The notes under the pieces were generated by a model. That model had not been told where the DNA came from. It made no database searches and saw only the letters and a program-made list of their open reading frames with translations. A stretch of DNA of 64,000 nt from positions 8,122,001 through 8,186,000 of the forward strand of contig JBHGNT010000010.1 of assembly GCA_043228905.1 (NCBI GenBank). Reading direction: 5' to 3'. This stretch comes from Azolla caroliniana (taxonomy: Eukaryota > Plantae > Polypodiophyta). The position numbers and the translations under genes are program-made. Below are positions 1-13,150 of this stretch, one piece after another (the first letter of the stretch is position 1; each line of letters opens with the position of its first letter).

Positions 1-3000
1 TCTTAACCCTTATGAAAATGCCAAAGACTACTGTATTTTTAAAATCTCTCAAAACATCGAATTTCCTACGGAAAAAAGAATATAAAAAAGAGGGAACTTG
101 CCATGAATTGTTTTAATGTTATTTTTAACATTTTCTGGCGTGGCTTCCAATGATGTCTTTACAAATCTTTTTGTACTTATCAAAACTATGTGAAACAACC
201 ATTTTATTGTATAGTGTAATGTTATAGTTGATAAGTTTACATACACACATATACATACTAGAGTTTTGTCAGCCTTACATAGAAATATTAAATTTTGTCA
301 TGTCAAAGGTTTCAAATTTTTATATGCTATAGTGTGACTCCTTACAACAAGAAGCAAAGATTTTGTAGGAGAAAGAAAATGAGGACAAAATATCTACGGT
401 GTGTGAAGCCTTTCGTTTCTCCCAAGAAGAGGCTTATGATAGTCTTATATTATAAACCAAAATAGGGAGAATAGATCAACGAAAGATCATAGATATTAAC
501 AATACATTTATTCGGAAAGTAGAAACTTATAATACTTTTTTGGCAAGCAAAACTATGATCCATAGTAAACATGCCCTTTGGATAAGCCCGAATTTGTATT
601 GAGATGAAAACCGATGAAGGGAATCCACAAGCGCTTTACTTTAACACTAAAGAAAAAGCATAAATTGTAGGTTTGTGGATCAAGGTTTTTATTCTACTAA
701 GATGGTATCAATATGTTTCTAGAAATAGCATGGGTATAGATGATATATTGAAGGGATGGGTGATTTTTATATAAAGTTGAGTGCTTTTAAAATAGCCTCA
801 CTTTTTCCGGTGTTGATAAATTATTTGTCTTGGCCTTAAAAACAAAAAAGAGATACTTTGTGGACCTTGGTATGTATAATACATGCACGCCTAACCTAGA
901 ATAGGCCCAATATACACCTCTAGTATATGCTTATGAATCATCTCCAAATAATATTTCTCAATCCATCTAGGGTTGATCTATGGAAAACGTTGCTCACTTT
1001 TGTAATAAAATAACATGTTATTATAATTTCAATTAGCGAATCCAATAACAATATATTGTGAGCTAGTTTCAATTAGTGAATCCTAAATTGTGAGTATGCT
1101 CACAAGCTATCTCATTAGTGTTAGTTGATGATTTCCATGCATAATTCAAACTTTAGTTAGGTGCCCTAAAGACATGATGTGTTGCAAATATAGCAAGTAA
1201 ATTGCTAGCTCCCTAACTCTAGAAAAGGTATTTATAATTTATTCTCAATTACAAATTAGAAGTGTGGCATACCAAGCATAGTTTTGATACGAATGATTGT
1301 TTTTTCCCACTCCTAAGAGCATTGACATGGATGTTCTACTAAATTGAAGAAACTTTATGGTAGTTAAGGAAGAGTCTAGTACAACAATTAGTAGTAGCTG
1401 GTGGGCAACTTAAACATTTAAATACATTGGTGCAAGAGAATTACTACCTACATGAGTACAATTAAGCATAATAAAGATGTCTAAGAAAACTACAAAGTTT
1501 ATTGAATATAAAGAAAAACAAGGCACTCACGCATGATAGGATTATCATTACAATACAATAGTTTGTTGAATCTTGGGAAATCATCAATATTTTTTTGAAA
1601 AAGAGAACGATCACTTGTAATCCAAGGAACATTGAAAAATGATCATCCGTCCAAGGTCATCATACTTTTGATTCCCCTTGTTGGGTTCTCAAACAAATAT
1701 TGTGGTCATATCACCATTTTTAGGAGGGTATGTCATTGTAGGTTTTGGTTGGCATTATCCCATCTTAATTATGATGTTTTCCATTTATAAATTCCAAACT
1801 CAATAGTAGGTTTTCTCTTTAGTTCATCTTTGATATTAGATATGTTATAGATTACTTGGATGACATTTCATGATCTTTTGCTTTGTAATTGAATGTTCAT
1901 GTAACACTCCCATAAAATATCATCTTTATTGTATAGAAACACCCCTAAATCAAATATGTTAGATCTTAAAGGCTTTTTTCTTTCTCAAAAATGTATGAAG
2001 ACCATGGTTGATGTAGTCACAAACAAGGGAAGTATATAATATTTCCCAAATGTAAGATGAAGCCATAATCTTGACTTGTGTAACATACCATGTATCAAAA
2101 GATTCAATGACTTCAAATATACCATCATGCATCTATTATGTGACAAAATATGACTCCGTGATTGGCATACATTTTCTCTTCCTAGTTGGCCTCCATTAAC
2201 TCTCTCAAAACTCTAGAGCTAATTGTCACACAATATTATAATATAGATGGTGAGTCACAAAGGCTAGAATAATTCAATGCCTCTAAAGACAATTGACTTC
2301 TTTGGTTATGTTTCCTTGGAATCTTGCATGTTCTTTCCATGTTTCATATACAAATATGTTGTACTTGAGGGCGAACTACTCTTTTCTAGGGCCCTCTCAT
2401 TTATATCACATGTCTAACCTTACATTTTTAACGGTCCATGGCCGCAAATGTGAAAGAAAACTTTATAAGAATCTATTTACGTAGTGAATGCAAGTTTGGA
2501 AATTTTGTCTCCTCCCTATCTTGAATAATATCTAGTAATGGCAAGACTCAACGTAAGACTATGAGTGTGATTTTCTTTGTGTTTCATTAGAAAATTATGA
2601 AGATGTCTTTAGAGTTAATGTGATAATGATGTTGAAAAGATGTTTTCTACATAGATATTCTGACTTTTCTAATTTTAAAAATGGTGTTGACTTTTTAACA
2701 CACCCAGAATGTCATATCATTGGTGTTAAATTTCAAGTTATGAAGCACATGTAGTGTTGGCCTAAGAGTTTTTGATATTTTCCCTACTTATATATGAATG
2801 TAGATGTGAGGGAAAAGTGTAGTTTACTTCAAGTATTTCATGTGGACACACATTTGATCAATCATTTGTTGTCCATATCCCCAACACATGAGACACAAAG
2901 GAACCTTTATGCAATATCTTTAGTAATAATTAAGAAAAAATAATTCTTGAAGCCCTAACCACATTGTGTAAGGCAATTGGGTGGTTGACCTCAATTTGGT

Positions 3001-3906
3001 TAAGGTCTTGCTCTATTTACCTTGAATTATTGCTTTACTTTTAGCATGTTAATAAATTAGTCTCTTTCTTCTTCATGCATGTTATCTTCTTCGTTTTGCT
3101 TCACGGTTCACCCTGGTCTTTTATATTGTTGAAATAATAAAATAATAAAACAAATAAACAATTATAAATATTAATGTATATGGCCTCTCATCTAAGAGAC
3201 ACCTGAAGAGGCATTGTGTCTCATCGGAAGGACACTGACTTGCATCATTGTACATTTCTTTTGAATTGAATGGAATCAATACATGAAGTCTATACAAGTT
3301 TCTCATATATTCTATTCCTATCCTCCTACATGGTATGATGTATCCGATTAAGGAATATAAATAAACAATTATCATTAAAAAGTCCTGCACCAAAATGAAT
3401 TCCAACCATTAACAAATGGAAATCAAGTTATGATGTTAAATATACTTGTAACCCTAAAAATGAAAGATGTTCAATGAACTCTCTACAAAATAATGAGACA
3501 TGGATTATTGTGGAAAACCCCATGGACTGAAAGATGGTCACATGTAAATGGGTACTTGGAGTTAAACGAGATTCTCTCGACAAACCTATACATTACAAAG
3601 CAAGACACATTGCACAAATATTTTCACAAGTACTCGGAATCGACTTCAAAGATACTTTTAGTCCCACCCTAAAGATAATGTTGTTTTGCATTCTCGTGGG
3701 ACTTGCCGCAACTCTAAACCCAAGGAACGAAAGATAGTCACATATAAGTGGGTACTCCGAGTTAACGAGATTCTCTCAACAAGCCTATATGTTACAAAAC
3801 TAGACTCTTTGCGAGGCTGCACAAACATCAGAAGGAGCTCGTCAGGAGGCTACACGAACAACAGGAGGAGCTCGTCGGGAGGTTGCACGAACAACAGCTC
3901 GCAGTG

Positions 3907-5810
3907 ATGGCGGTGATGACAGCAGTGATGACAGCAGAGGGGGCATCAACCAGCGGCTCAAAACCATCTGAGGTTGCACAAACTGCAGCTCGAAATCCTC
4001 TTGCCACCAAGGGGACGCATGTATGTGAGGATCGAACCTCTAATGCTTATGATGATGATCTAGAACTTGGGATTGAGGGGATGAATAGGCTAGGTGATAA
4101 CTCAATGCAAGCTATGGGAGCCTTCGTTCTCTCCCGGAAGAAGAATGCATCATGGAGAGTGAAATCGCAAGACTTAGACAGGAATCATTTGTGGTGAAAG
4201 TGGTGGGTAGTCGACTGAATCGCCCGTTATTGCGTGATTGGTTGCAAAGTTGCCTGCAAGAAAACCTTGGAAGAATGAAGGACATCACATTTATGGGAAA
4301 GGGGTTTTACCATGTTACTGTGATGCCTGAAACGAATATATGCAAAATTATCGAGAGCAGTCCGTTGACATGGCACAATGCAAGAGCATATGTATTCAAA
4401 TGGGATGTAGATTTCGACATGTGTAAAGCGAATGCTTGTATAGGAAATCCAACAGTAATAACGGCCTTTTTCCCTGGTTTACCTAAGCAATGGGAGTCTT
4501 TTCTCCCAGCCATTGGGAAGAGTATGGGAGGGCAATGTTTGGAAAAAACATTTGTAGAGAGAGTAAGTGAAACACCGAGGATGAAATTAATTGTCTCTGA
4601 TGTAAAGGCCTTACCACAAACAATGGTGCTAAGCAGCAAACTAATGCTTGACCATGTACATCCAGTGGAAAATGCCGGACTTCCAGGGCAATGCTTTGTA
4701 TGTAGACAAATGGGGCATATGGCCCGAGAATGCCCTAGAGGTAAGGAGATCATGCATCGTAGAAATGGGAAGCATGGATGGAAAAGCCCAACAAGTTTGA
4801 CACAATAGAAAAATATGAAAACAAACCATGCAATGCGGATGAATGAAGATGGATGGAAGTATATGAATAATAAAGGAAAACAAAAAATTATGCTCGAACA
4901 AGAATGGCCTCCACTTAGCAACAAATATGAACTCTTAACCATAGAGGACAATGAAAACATAGCTAATGACAAGGAAGCAAGATCAAAGGCACATTCGGAG
5001 AGCAACTTTGTGAATGTTATTAATGATATGCAGACATTGCAGCGGGAAGACAATGTGTTAGTATTTGAAACTAATCAGATGCATCAAGAATGTATGGATG
5101 AGGCAGGAGAAATAAGAAATCAAAAGGATGTAAGCCCCTTGAAAGAGCAAGATAAGTTGCTAGTGACAACCCAACATATTAAGGGGATAAAAAAAATGAA
5201 AAGGCACACGCGTGCTAGAAAAGAGGAAGAGAATGGGATGGAGAAACATAAAGGTATGCGTAAATGGTCAAGAGTGAAATGGAATCCTCAATACAAAGTG
5301 ACCCTCCTATCGACTACTGGGCAACAAATCAAATTGAAACTGACAGGCAAAAAGTGGTTCAAGGAAATGTGTGGGGTTGAGATGAAGAAGGACAGCATGT
5401 GTAGAATCAATATCTATAGTAATTGTGAGGATGAAGATCAAATCGTTGGACTGTCCTATATGCTGGTTGTGGGAAATAAGGAACCCGACAACAAAGAAGA
5501 AGCACTCAGATGGTTGGAACAACAAATGGGTGCTCATGTAGATTCAACATATGGTACCGCAATAAGTGTGAAAATGAAAAGACAATGGAAAGATGCCATG
5601 CTATGGAGCTCGGGCAAGGCAAATGAGCTAGGCATATGCTATATAAATGTGAAATTTAGGAAGATGCCTCGAATGATCACGAAATTCATGGTATACCACC
5701 TTGAAATGGTGACACTAGAAGAGGATAATCTCCAAGATATGATCTTAGCGAACCTAGTGGAAGCTGAAAATGCATTGGTTGGGCCACCAAAGAGGCACAA
5801 TATATGCTGA
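3907..5810 (+). pseudogene. L1 ORF1 (DUF4283-like region + CCHC zinc knuckle + long C-terminal part), disrupted
   Basis: MGKGFY and CFVCRQMGHMAREC motifs. In-frame stop at 4806-4808 between ORFs 4152-4808 and 4815-5810, and a probable frameshift near 4140. Confidence 0.8.
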
Positions 5811-5811
5811 A

Positions 5812-8344
5812 ATGAATCTTAGCTTGCTAACATGGAATATACAAGGAATTGGTGGTAGCCAATTCCACATGAAGAAGAATGTATTAGCTGCTGAAATTCA
5901 GCGATGCACTGAGGCAATAGTGCCTGATGTTATCATGGTGCAAGAGCATCACCTACATGGGGATAAGATCGACAAAATTGGAAACATCTGCCCTGGGAGT
6001 TGGACCAATACATGGTCGGCAGCTATGGGGGACAGACAGATTCATGGGGGAGTACTCATAGCAATGAAAGCTAAGTATAATGCAGCATTCACAAGTGGAG
6101 GATGTTTAGTAGAGGGTTGGGCTGTCTATATAAGGATAAAACATAGATATGGGCACTTGGGCATACTGAACATATATGCCCCAAATTCTACTACTGAAAG
6201 AAAGGAATTTTGGTTGCAACTAGTGGACAAAAAACCAAATGCAGATCTGTGGATCATTGGAGGAGATTTTAATATGGTGGAGCAACAAGAAGATAGAAGC
6301 AGAAATGCAAATGGCACGGTGCAAGGGGCAGAAAAAGATGCATGGGATAAGTTTTGTTTAGCATATAATGTGATAGAATGTTGGAATGCATCTAACTTTC
6401 AGATGCAAAAAGAAAAATCTCTTCTATACTCTAGAGTAGGAGGAAGCGTTCATGGGAGGACAATGTCTAGGTTGGACAGATGGTATTTGGGCCCTCGGCT
6501 CATAGATATGAAAGGCAAATGCATAATTTGTCCTGGAACGATGTAAAAGAAAACAGTCGATGCAATCCACATAATGTGAAGGTGAGCAAGGAGTTGGTCA
6601 TGGACAATAAATGGACTAATGATATAAGAAGACTATGGTCTAATGTCAAATGGATGTATCATGATCCCACTCACAGGCTGGCTAGGAAAATTGAGGAATG
6701 TGCATGTTTCTTTCGGAAGAAAGCAACTGAAATTAGAAAGGAGATGAAGGAGAAACTATAGAGAATGCAATGGACACTCGCTTCTATGTAACGACTAAGA
6801 GAACAATACCCGAATAATGTATGGATTCAGGCCCAACTAGAGGAGGCAAAATGCAAACTGGATATGTATCAAAAACTAAGGACTACTAATGCCTATCGTG
6901 GTAAAGCAATAAATTGGATGAGGGTAGGAGACCGTGTTACGAAAGGTTTTTTTGAAGTTGTAAAATGCAAAGGCCCCGGGACCCAACCTTCATGTTTGAA
7001 AAAGACAGATGGCATAATGACCACGTGTGCGGAGGAAATGCTTGAAATGGCCACGAGCTATTATATGCAACTACTGAATGTATGCAACAAGGAACATATT
7101 GAGCAGGATGCCTTTAGAAATATAATAAACAGGATACCAAAGAGAGTTTCGGCTCAGATGATGGACCATCTAAATACCCCTATTTGTATACAAGAATTGT
7201 GGGATGCAATTTCAGATATGAACAAACAAAGTTGTGCAGGCATTGATGGACTCCCTATATATTTTTACATCAAATATTGGGATCTAATTAAGGATGACAT
7301 GTTGGAAGGGATGCAATACATTATGGTTGAAGGTTTAATGCCTCCGACAATGTGTCGAGGAATGATTTATTTAATTCCCAAGGATGGGAAAGATCTAACT
7401 GTGCTTGATAATTCGCGACCTTTGACGATTCTCACTAATTCCTATAAGATCATGGCTAAAGTTGTAAGTAGTCGATTGAAAACGGTCCTAGGGGACATAA
7501 TACATACAACGCAAATTGGCTTCCTCAAAAACCGGAGCATTGTTGACAATGTGATAACTTTTTGGGAGTATTCAGCATGGGCAGAGGAGCAAGGAGTGGA
7601 CCTAGCAATAATGTTACTCAATTTAGAAAAAGCATATGACAGGATCTCATGGGAATTCCTAGAAGTAGTGATGGATGCCCTAGACTTCAAGCAGCAATGG
7701 ATCCTTGGATTGGCTGCCTTTTATAGGGATGCTTCCAGCTAGGTTTTAATGGTTGGAAGCTTGGGGAAGAGCTTTAGGATGACACAATCGGTACACCAAA
7801 GATGCCCATTGGCCCCGTACCTATTCATTATTGCAGCGGAAGCGTTGCATTATCAGATTAATGATATGTTGGGAGACAGGTCCCTCCGGATGGGAAGGGA
7901 GAAGAACAGTGCCGACGAACAAACTCGGCCGAGGCCGAAACCAGATGACGAGTACCCGACTACGGAGAGCCGGATGATACAAACCCGGTGAAGGCCGGAT
8001 GAGGAGTACCCTGCTACGGAGAGCCGGATGGTATAGACCCGGTGAAGACCGGATGAGGAGTACCCGGCTATGGAGAGCCGGATGGTATAGACCCAGTGAA
8101 GACCGGATGAGGAGTACCCGGCTACGGAGAGCCGGATGGTATAGACCCGGTGAAGAGCCGGATGGTGCAGACCCGGTGAGAACCGAATGAAGAGACATAT
8201 TCGTAAATATGTTTCTGAGAGTCCATCATGGCTATATTTGTAAATAGCCGAAAAGTCATATTAGTATAAATATGACTTAGGGCAAAGTTTTAGTTTGTTG
8301 TTGTTATTCTTGTTTTTTGCACGAGATTAGTGCGCGTAACAGTG

Positions 8345-8408
<64 letters not shown>

Positions 8409-10948
8409 GGTCGCTGCCTCAGTTGTAACTGCCGCCTGTGGCGAAGATTGTGATCACGAGGTCGTTGCCTCAGTGAACTCACTGTTGTACATTCTTACAT
8501 AGCGACAGTTTGCAACCTGTGGGCTGCCGTGGTTTTTTCCCTAGTTTGGGGTTTTCCACGTAAACCTCCTATGTACTCTTCTCTTCTTTGTGTCGTTTAT
8601 TATTTCCTGTTTTCTGTGTATGATTCTAAGCTCAGTTGTGGCCGAGCGTTGTGCATAAGGAGCGTTAAGTTCTCGTCATGATAGATATTGGCAAATACAA
8701 GGCCTTCCCCTACCCGAGGATGCAGGAATGATGCTTGATACAGAATATGCCAATGATACAACAATTTATGTTAAGGGGGATGCAAACAACTTGGACAGAC
8801 TACAAAGTGCAATAAATGAGTTTTGTAGGGGGTCGGGTGCGAATATAAACTGGAATAAATCAATGGGCATTTGGATTAGCAATAAGCCTGTGGTAAATTG
8901 GGCCCCAGACCCTAATTTCAAATGGTTGAGGAGAGGAGAAGCTACTAGATACTTGGGTTTCAAAATCGGGATGGACATTGATAGCTCAGAACACTACACT
9001 CTACTTGTGGACAAAATAAAAGCAAAGTTAATATGGTGGAATGCAAGAAAAATATCCTTTGCAGCCAAGATTGTGATTGCAAATCAAGTTCTATTGGCCG
9101 CAATATGGCATACTGCGGCATGTTGGATAATCGCACCCAAGTCGATGAAATTGATAAAAAGGTTGATCAGAAATTTCTTATGGGGGGCACCGAGGAAAAA
9201 CATGTTTGTGCAAAGGTTGCATGGACTACACTCATAAAAGATAAAAGTAAAGGTGGGGTGGAACTAATAGATCGTGTGGTGCAAACGAAGGCCTTGTTAG
9301 GCAAATTGGTGGTCAGGAGCTTGCAACCACATGAAGCACCTTGGAAAATTCTCTGGCGACGCAGATGGAAAATGTGGTTGCCAAGACATGGTGGAAGTTG
9401 GCCAAGTAGCCTTTTTTGGGGGTTTGTGCCTGAAATGCGACCCAAATACCGGGGATGTACACAGAGTATATGTGTTGTTGGAATTATGAAGGCATGGAAT
9501 GGAATAAGAAAGGGAATCCTTTGTAGGTGGAGAAATGATGCATATGCTCGAATGTACATGCCTATTGTTTGGAACCCATTAATTAGAGATGTGGATGGGT
9601 TGATGATAGGACAAAAAGCAGGCTTCAAATGGGCCAATTTAATAAATGCCCAAGGGAATACATTGGCAGATTGGAAGAAATTTCTATGTAATGATGTGGG
9701 CACTCAAAAGGCTAGAATATGGAGGATAAACAGGGGTAAATGCATGCTAATGAGGATTACAGATGCCTTTGCATGCAGCGGGCAAATCTTGGAAGATGCA
9801 GCCATAAGTCCCTCTGAAATGGAATGGACAAGACTTATCGATGCTGAAAATTATATAATTGGAATTAAGGGAACGAATGTCGATTCTAATGAGGCATGCT
9901 ACTACAAAATAGAGCATAGAAAGGTATATATGTGAGCAACCAGCCTATCAAATTGAAAGGCCGATTAGGTTGCTTGCAAAAAATGGAAAGGCTATGATAG
10001 TTGACCCCGAACCGAGTGAGCTCAAACCAACAACCGTGTGTTGGCCGATAGAAGGGCATTCAAATCAGCTATCATGGGACCCCGCGATGTATTTCTGGAA
10101 AACTCAAGGTCAAAGTGATGGTGCCAAGTTGGTGCAATTTTTCAGGTACAACACAAAAACCGGGAGGCAAATTATCCTAAAACAAGAACACCAAGATATT
10201 GCAGCTCGTAAATTTTGGATACAAGAGGGCATTAGTGAAAGGAGATTAGCTAAATTCTAGAAAATGATATGGCATGACATCGGTGACCGCAAGATAATGA
10301 TGTGCTTATGGCTTATTGTGCATAGAGCCTTGCCAGTAGGGGCGTGGGCTAAAGGCCCCAATGTAGACCCAAGATGTAGTGCATGTGGACAACTAGAAAG
10401 CAGTTCTCGTTGTCTTTGGGAATGTCATGAGGCTATGGTTGTATGGAGAAGGGCGTTATGATTGCTTTGCCATGCCTCTAGCTCATTTAGACCTCAATTG
10501 GGGACATGCTTGTTGGAATTGTCTTGATGATGACGTAGAGAAATTTGATAGCACATGTACAACTATGTACAGAGGGGAGAATGGAACTATTCGATTGATC
10601 GTTGGTAATAGTGCACCTAGAAGTAATGCCTAGAAGCAGAAAATTGAAGATCTATGGATGTTGCTAGCACCCATTATCATATGGAACATTTGGACCACAA
10701 GATGTACCAGGGTATTTTCCGCAAACAAACGGCCTCCAGCAGAATCTATTAAGCTCATATGGCACATGTTGATAACTACATTGAGGGCCCAATATGAGCG
10801 GATTGATGGAACAGATGATGCTTCAGATTTAATGAGGCTGAAATTTAGAAAACAATGGTGTACTACACCGATGGCTACAAAAATTGGAGTGGATATACGA
10901 TGGTAGTACGTAGTACCGAGATGGTTGTTCCCCCCTCCCATTAGATGA
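5812..10948 (+). pseudogene. L1 ORF2 (AP endonuclease, reverse transcriptase, C-terminal zf-RVT), disrupted and split by a solo LTR
   Basis: LTWNIQG, VQEHH, NIYAPN, GGDFN, SRLDR; AGIDG, RPLTIL, EKAYDR, QRCPLAP, YAND, RYLG; CSAC..E...LWEC. Many stops and frameshifts. Confidence 0.92.
7867..8678 (+). mobile_element. Solo LTR of the Tork-like family D
   Basis: TGTTGGGAGACAGG...GTCA flanked by 5-bp TSD TGATA (7862-7866, 8679-8683). Clearly similar to the LTRs at 38179 and 42949. Contains ~54-bp internal repeats, a TATAAATA box and a (GA)n tract. Confidence 0.93.
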
Positions 10949-12139
10949 TAGAGGGGCATGAATGACACGACAAACATGGAGAACAAACATGTGGGCTATT
11001 TAGTGTAAGATAAATAAGTGATGTAGCCCATATGGAAGTAGGTAATGTCTAAAGTTGTGTATTGTGTGTCATTTTAACTAATGGAGTATATTTTTCTTTG
11101 GGGGGAAAAAAAAAAGCTAGACTCTTTGCACAAATATTTTCACTAGTACTTGGAATCGACTTCAAATATACTTTTAGTCCCACCCTAAAGATAACGTTGT
11201 TTTTTATGCTCGTGGAACTTTCTGCAACCCTGAACTTCATCATTTGGATGTTCAAATGACATTTTTACATGGTGACTTGACGAAGAAGTCTACATGCAAC
11301 AACCACCCTACTTTGATAATACTCAATTCCCAAATCACATATGTCAACTTCGAAAATCCATCTATGAACTTCACCAACCACCTCAAACGTAGTAATTATC
11401 AATGTTTGCCCTCCTTTTTTCTTAGTAATGGTTATGCCTGATTAAGGACTGAACACAATATACATATTCGAACAAATGTGTCTAATATCATATTACTATG
11501 GGTATATGTAGATGACCTACCATTAGTATAAAATTCTCTATCTTTAATCGCTATATGTAAACAAGAATTAAAGGTCAGTTTTCACCAATCTAGGTCCCAT
11601 GTCTTATTTTCTAGTAATTGAAGTTAAAAGAATTGTACTCTTGGCACGATTTTTTAAATTGAATCACAATATATATCTAACATTCTCAAACATTTTGACA
11701 TGTTAGATTGTAAACGAATATCAATTCCACTCACAACTACGTGTAAACTATCCTTAGACAATTCCCAACATAGGGCTTGTAAATTTTTCTAAAGTTGAAG
11801 AAAAGTACATGATGCTTTGATTATTTCATTAGGTGGGAGTGTTGAAATAAGTAATTAAACAATAAAAACAAATAAACAATTATAAACATTAATGTATATG
11901 GCCTCTCATCTAAAGAGGCATTGTGTCTCATCAGAAAGACATAGACATTGTTGGCAATTACTTGGTGTGTCATTGTACATTTTGTTTGAATTGAATGGAA
12001 TCAATACATTAAGTCTTTACAAATATGTCATATATTCTATTCCTTTCTTTCTTTCTTTCTTTCCAAAAAAACTCCTTCCATTATGAGGAACATGATATTG
12101 TCGATAATTGTATGAGGAACATGGTATGTGTGCCATACC

Positions 12140-13150
12140 CGACTCTTAGGTGATTTGAGCGGCTAGAATGTGGCAACCCAATCTAGTTGTGAATTGGAAG
12201 AATGTGGCAATCCAATCTAATGCATGTGTTCTACAGGATGCATGACTAAGCCAAGCAGGTTCTGTATTAGTTTGATCACGCTTGAGCCCTCGTCTTATGT
12301 TACACCACGCCTTCCACATGGATGCACTGAATCTATCCTCCAATTGACGTGAGAAACTTGGTTTGAGATCCATGTTTACAATCCATCCCAGTTGGGGGGC
12401 CCAATTGGCCCCTTTTCATGGCTTAAAGTAAGCGACACGTAACCGTAATAGTATTTCCCAGCACTCATCCCCTAGTTGGAGTCCTTGCACCACAAATTTG
12501 ACGAGTAGGGCTTTGGATTGTGAGAGGGTTTCAATCAAACCCAACCCTCCTCCCAACTTAGGTGATGTGAGTATAGGTCACACCACCTTGGCCCCAGCTA
12601 CATGATCTTCCTTACTAGACCAGATGTAGTTGCAAACCAGTAGCTAAATCTTATGTATATTTTCCTTGGAGATTGTCCAACATGATAGGTTGTACCATGT
12701 TGTTGCGAATAATACCTAGTTTGCCACTATGATGTGACCTGCTAGCGAGAGTTTTTTTTAGCTCCAATGTATCAACTTTTGTCGAATGGAGTGAATAACT
12801 GGTGTAATCCTCATTTCCGAAGGAACGTTGAATCCAATTTGGAAACCCAAATATTTGGTGCTCACTCCCTAATTGATCCACTTGAAAGTGGGATGTGTGT
12901 GCCATGCAGGATGTGCTTCAAGGGAAAGCCATATTGCATAGGATTTGTGCCAATTGATCATGGCGTTCGATCTCTTGCAAAACACAATGAATCCATGTTC
13001 TCCCCTCTTTAGATTTTCCAAGCCCCCTTGCATGTAGACTACGGTGTCATCTGCAAATTCTATAGCCAAGAGGCTTTGATGAGAGTGTGGCACGGGAAGA
13101 CCACCTAGGTTTAGATGCAGCGAGTTGAGATAATAATACAAGGTTTCCTT
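12140..13150 (-). pseudogene. L1 LINE ORF2 fragment (RT C-terminal half)
   Basis: EFADDTVVY, INWHKS, RFSASMWKAW motifs, paralleling the ORF2 region at 8728-9500. Confidence 0.75.

Larger units (their letters stand above)
3813..11115 (+). mobile_element. Apparently full-length L1-clade LINE (decayed)
   Basis: Exact 13-bp TSD CTAGACTCTTTGC at 3800-3812 and 11117-11129, poly-A at 11106-11115, ORF1 and ORF2 both present. Confidence 0.93.
3127..12080 (+). mobile_element. Internally deleted Copia LTR retrotransposon, interrupted by an L1 LINE
   Basis: Two similar LTRs TGTTGAAATAA...CA (3127-3330, 11840-12080). PBS-like TGGTATGATG at 3331, PPT AGGTGGGAG at 11831-11839. Copia RT motifs CKWV/YKAR/GIDFKDTFSP (3534-3737), MDV..FLHGDL (11244 on) and VYVDD (~11500). 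No gag, integrase or RNase H seen. Confidence 0.85.

Noticed and set aside
1-3120. AT-rich region with hints of decayed TE coding sequence
   Set aside because: No ordered set of motifs could be recovered on either strand.
7821-8198. Repetitive ORFs (SPGLYHPALRSRVLLIR)n and their antisense counterparts
   Set aside because: Translations of the 54-bp LTR U3 repeats, not genes.
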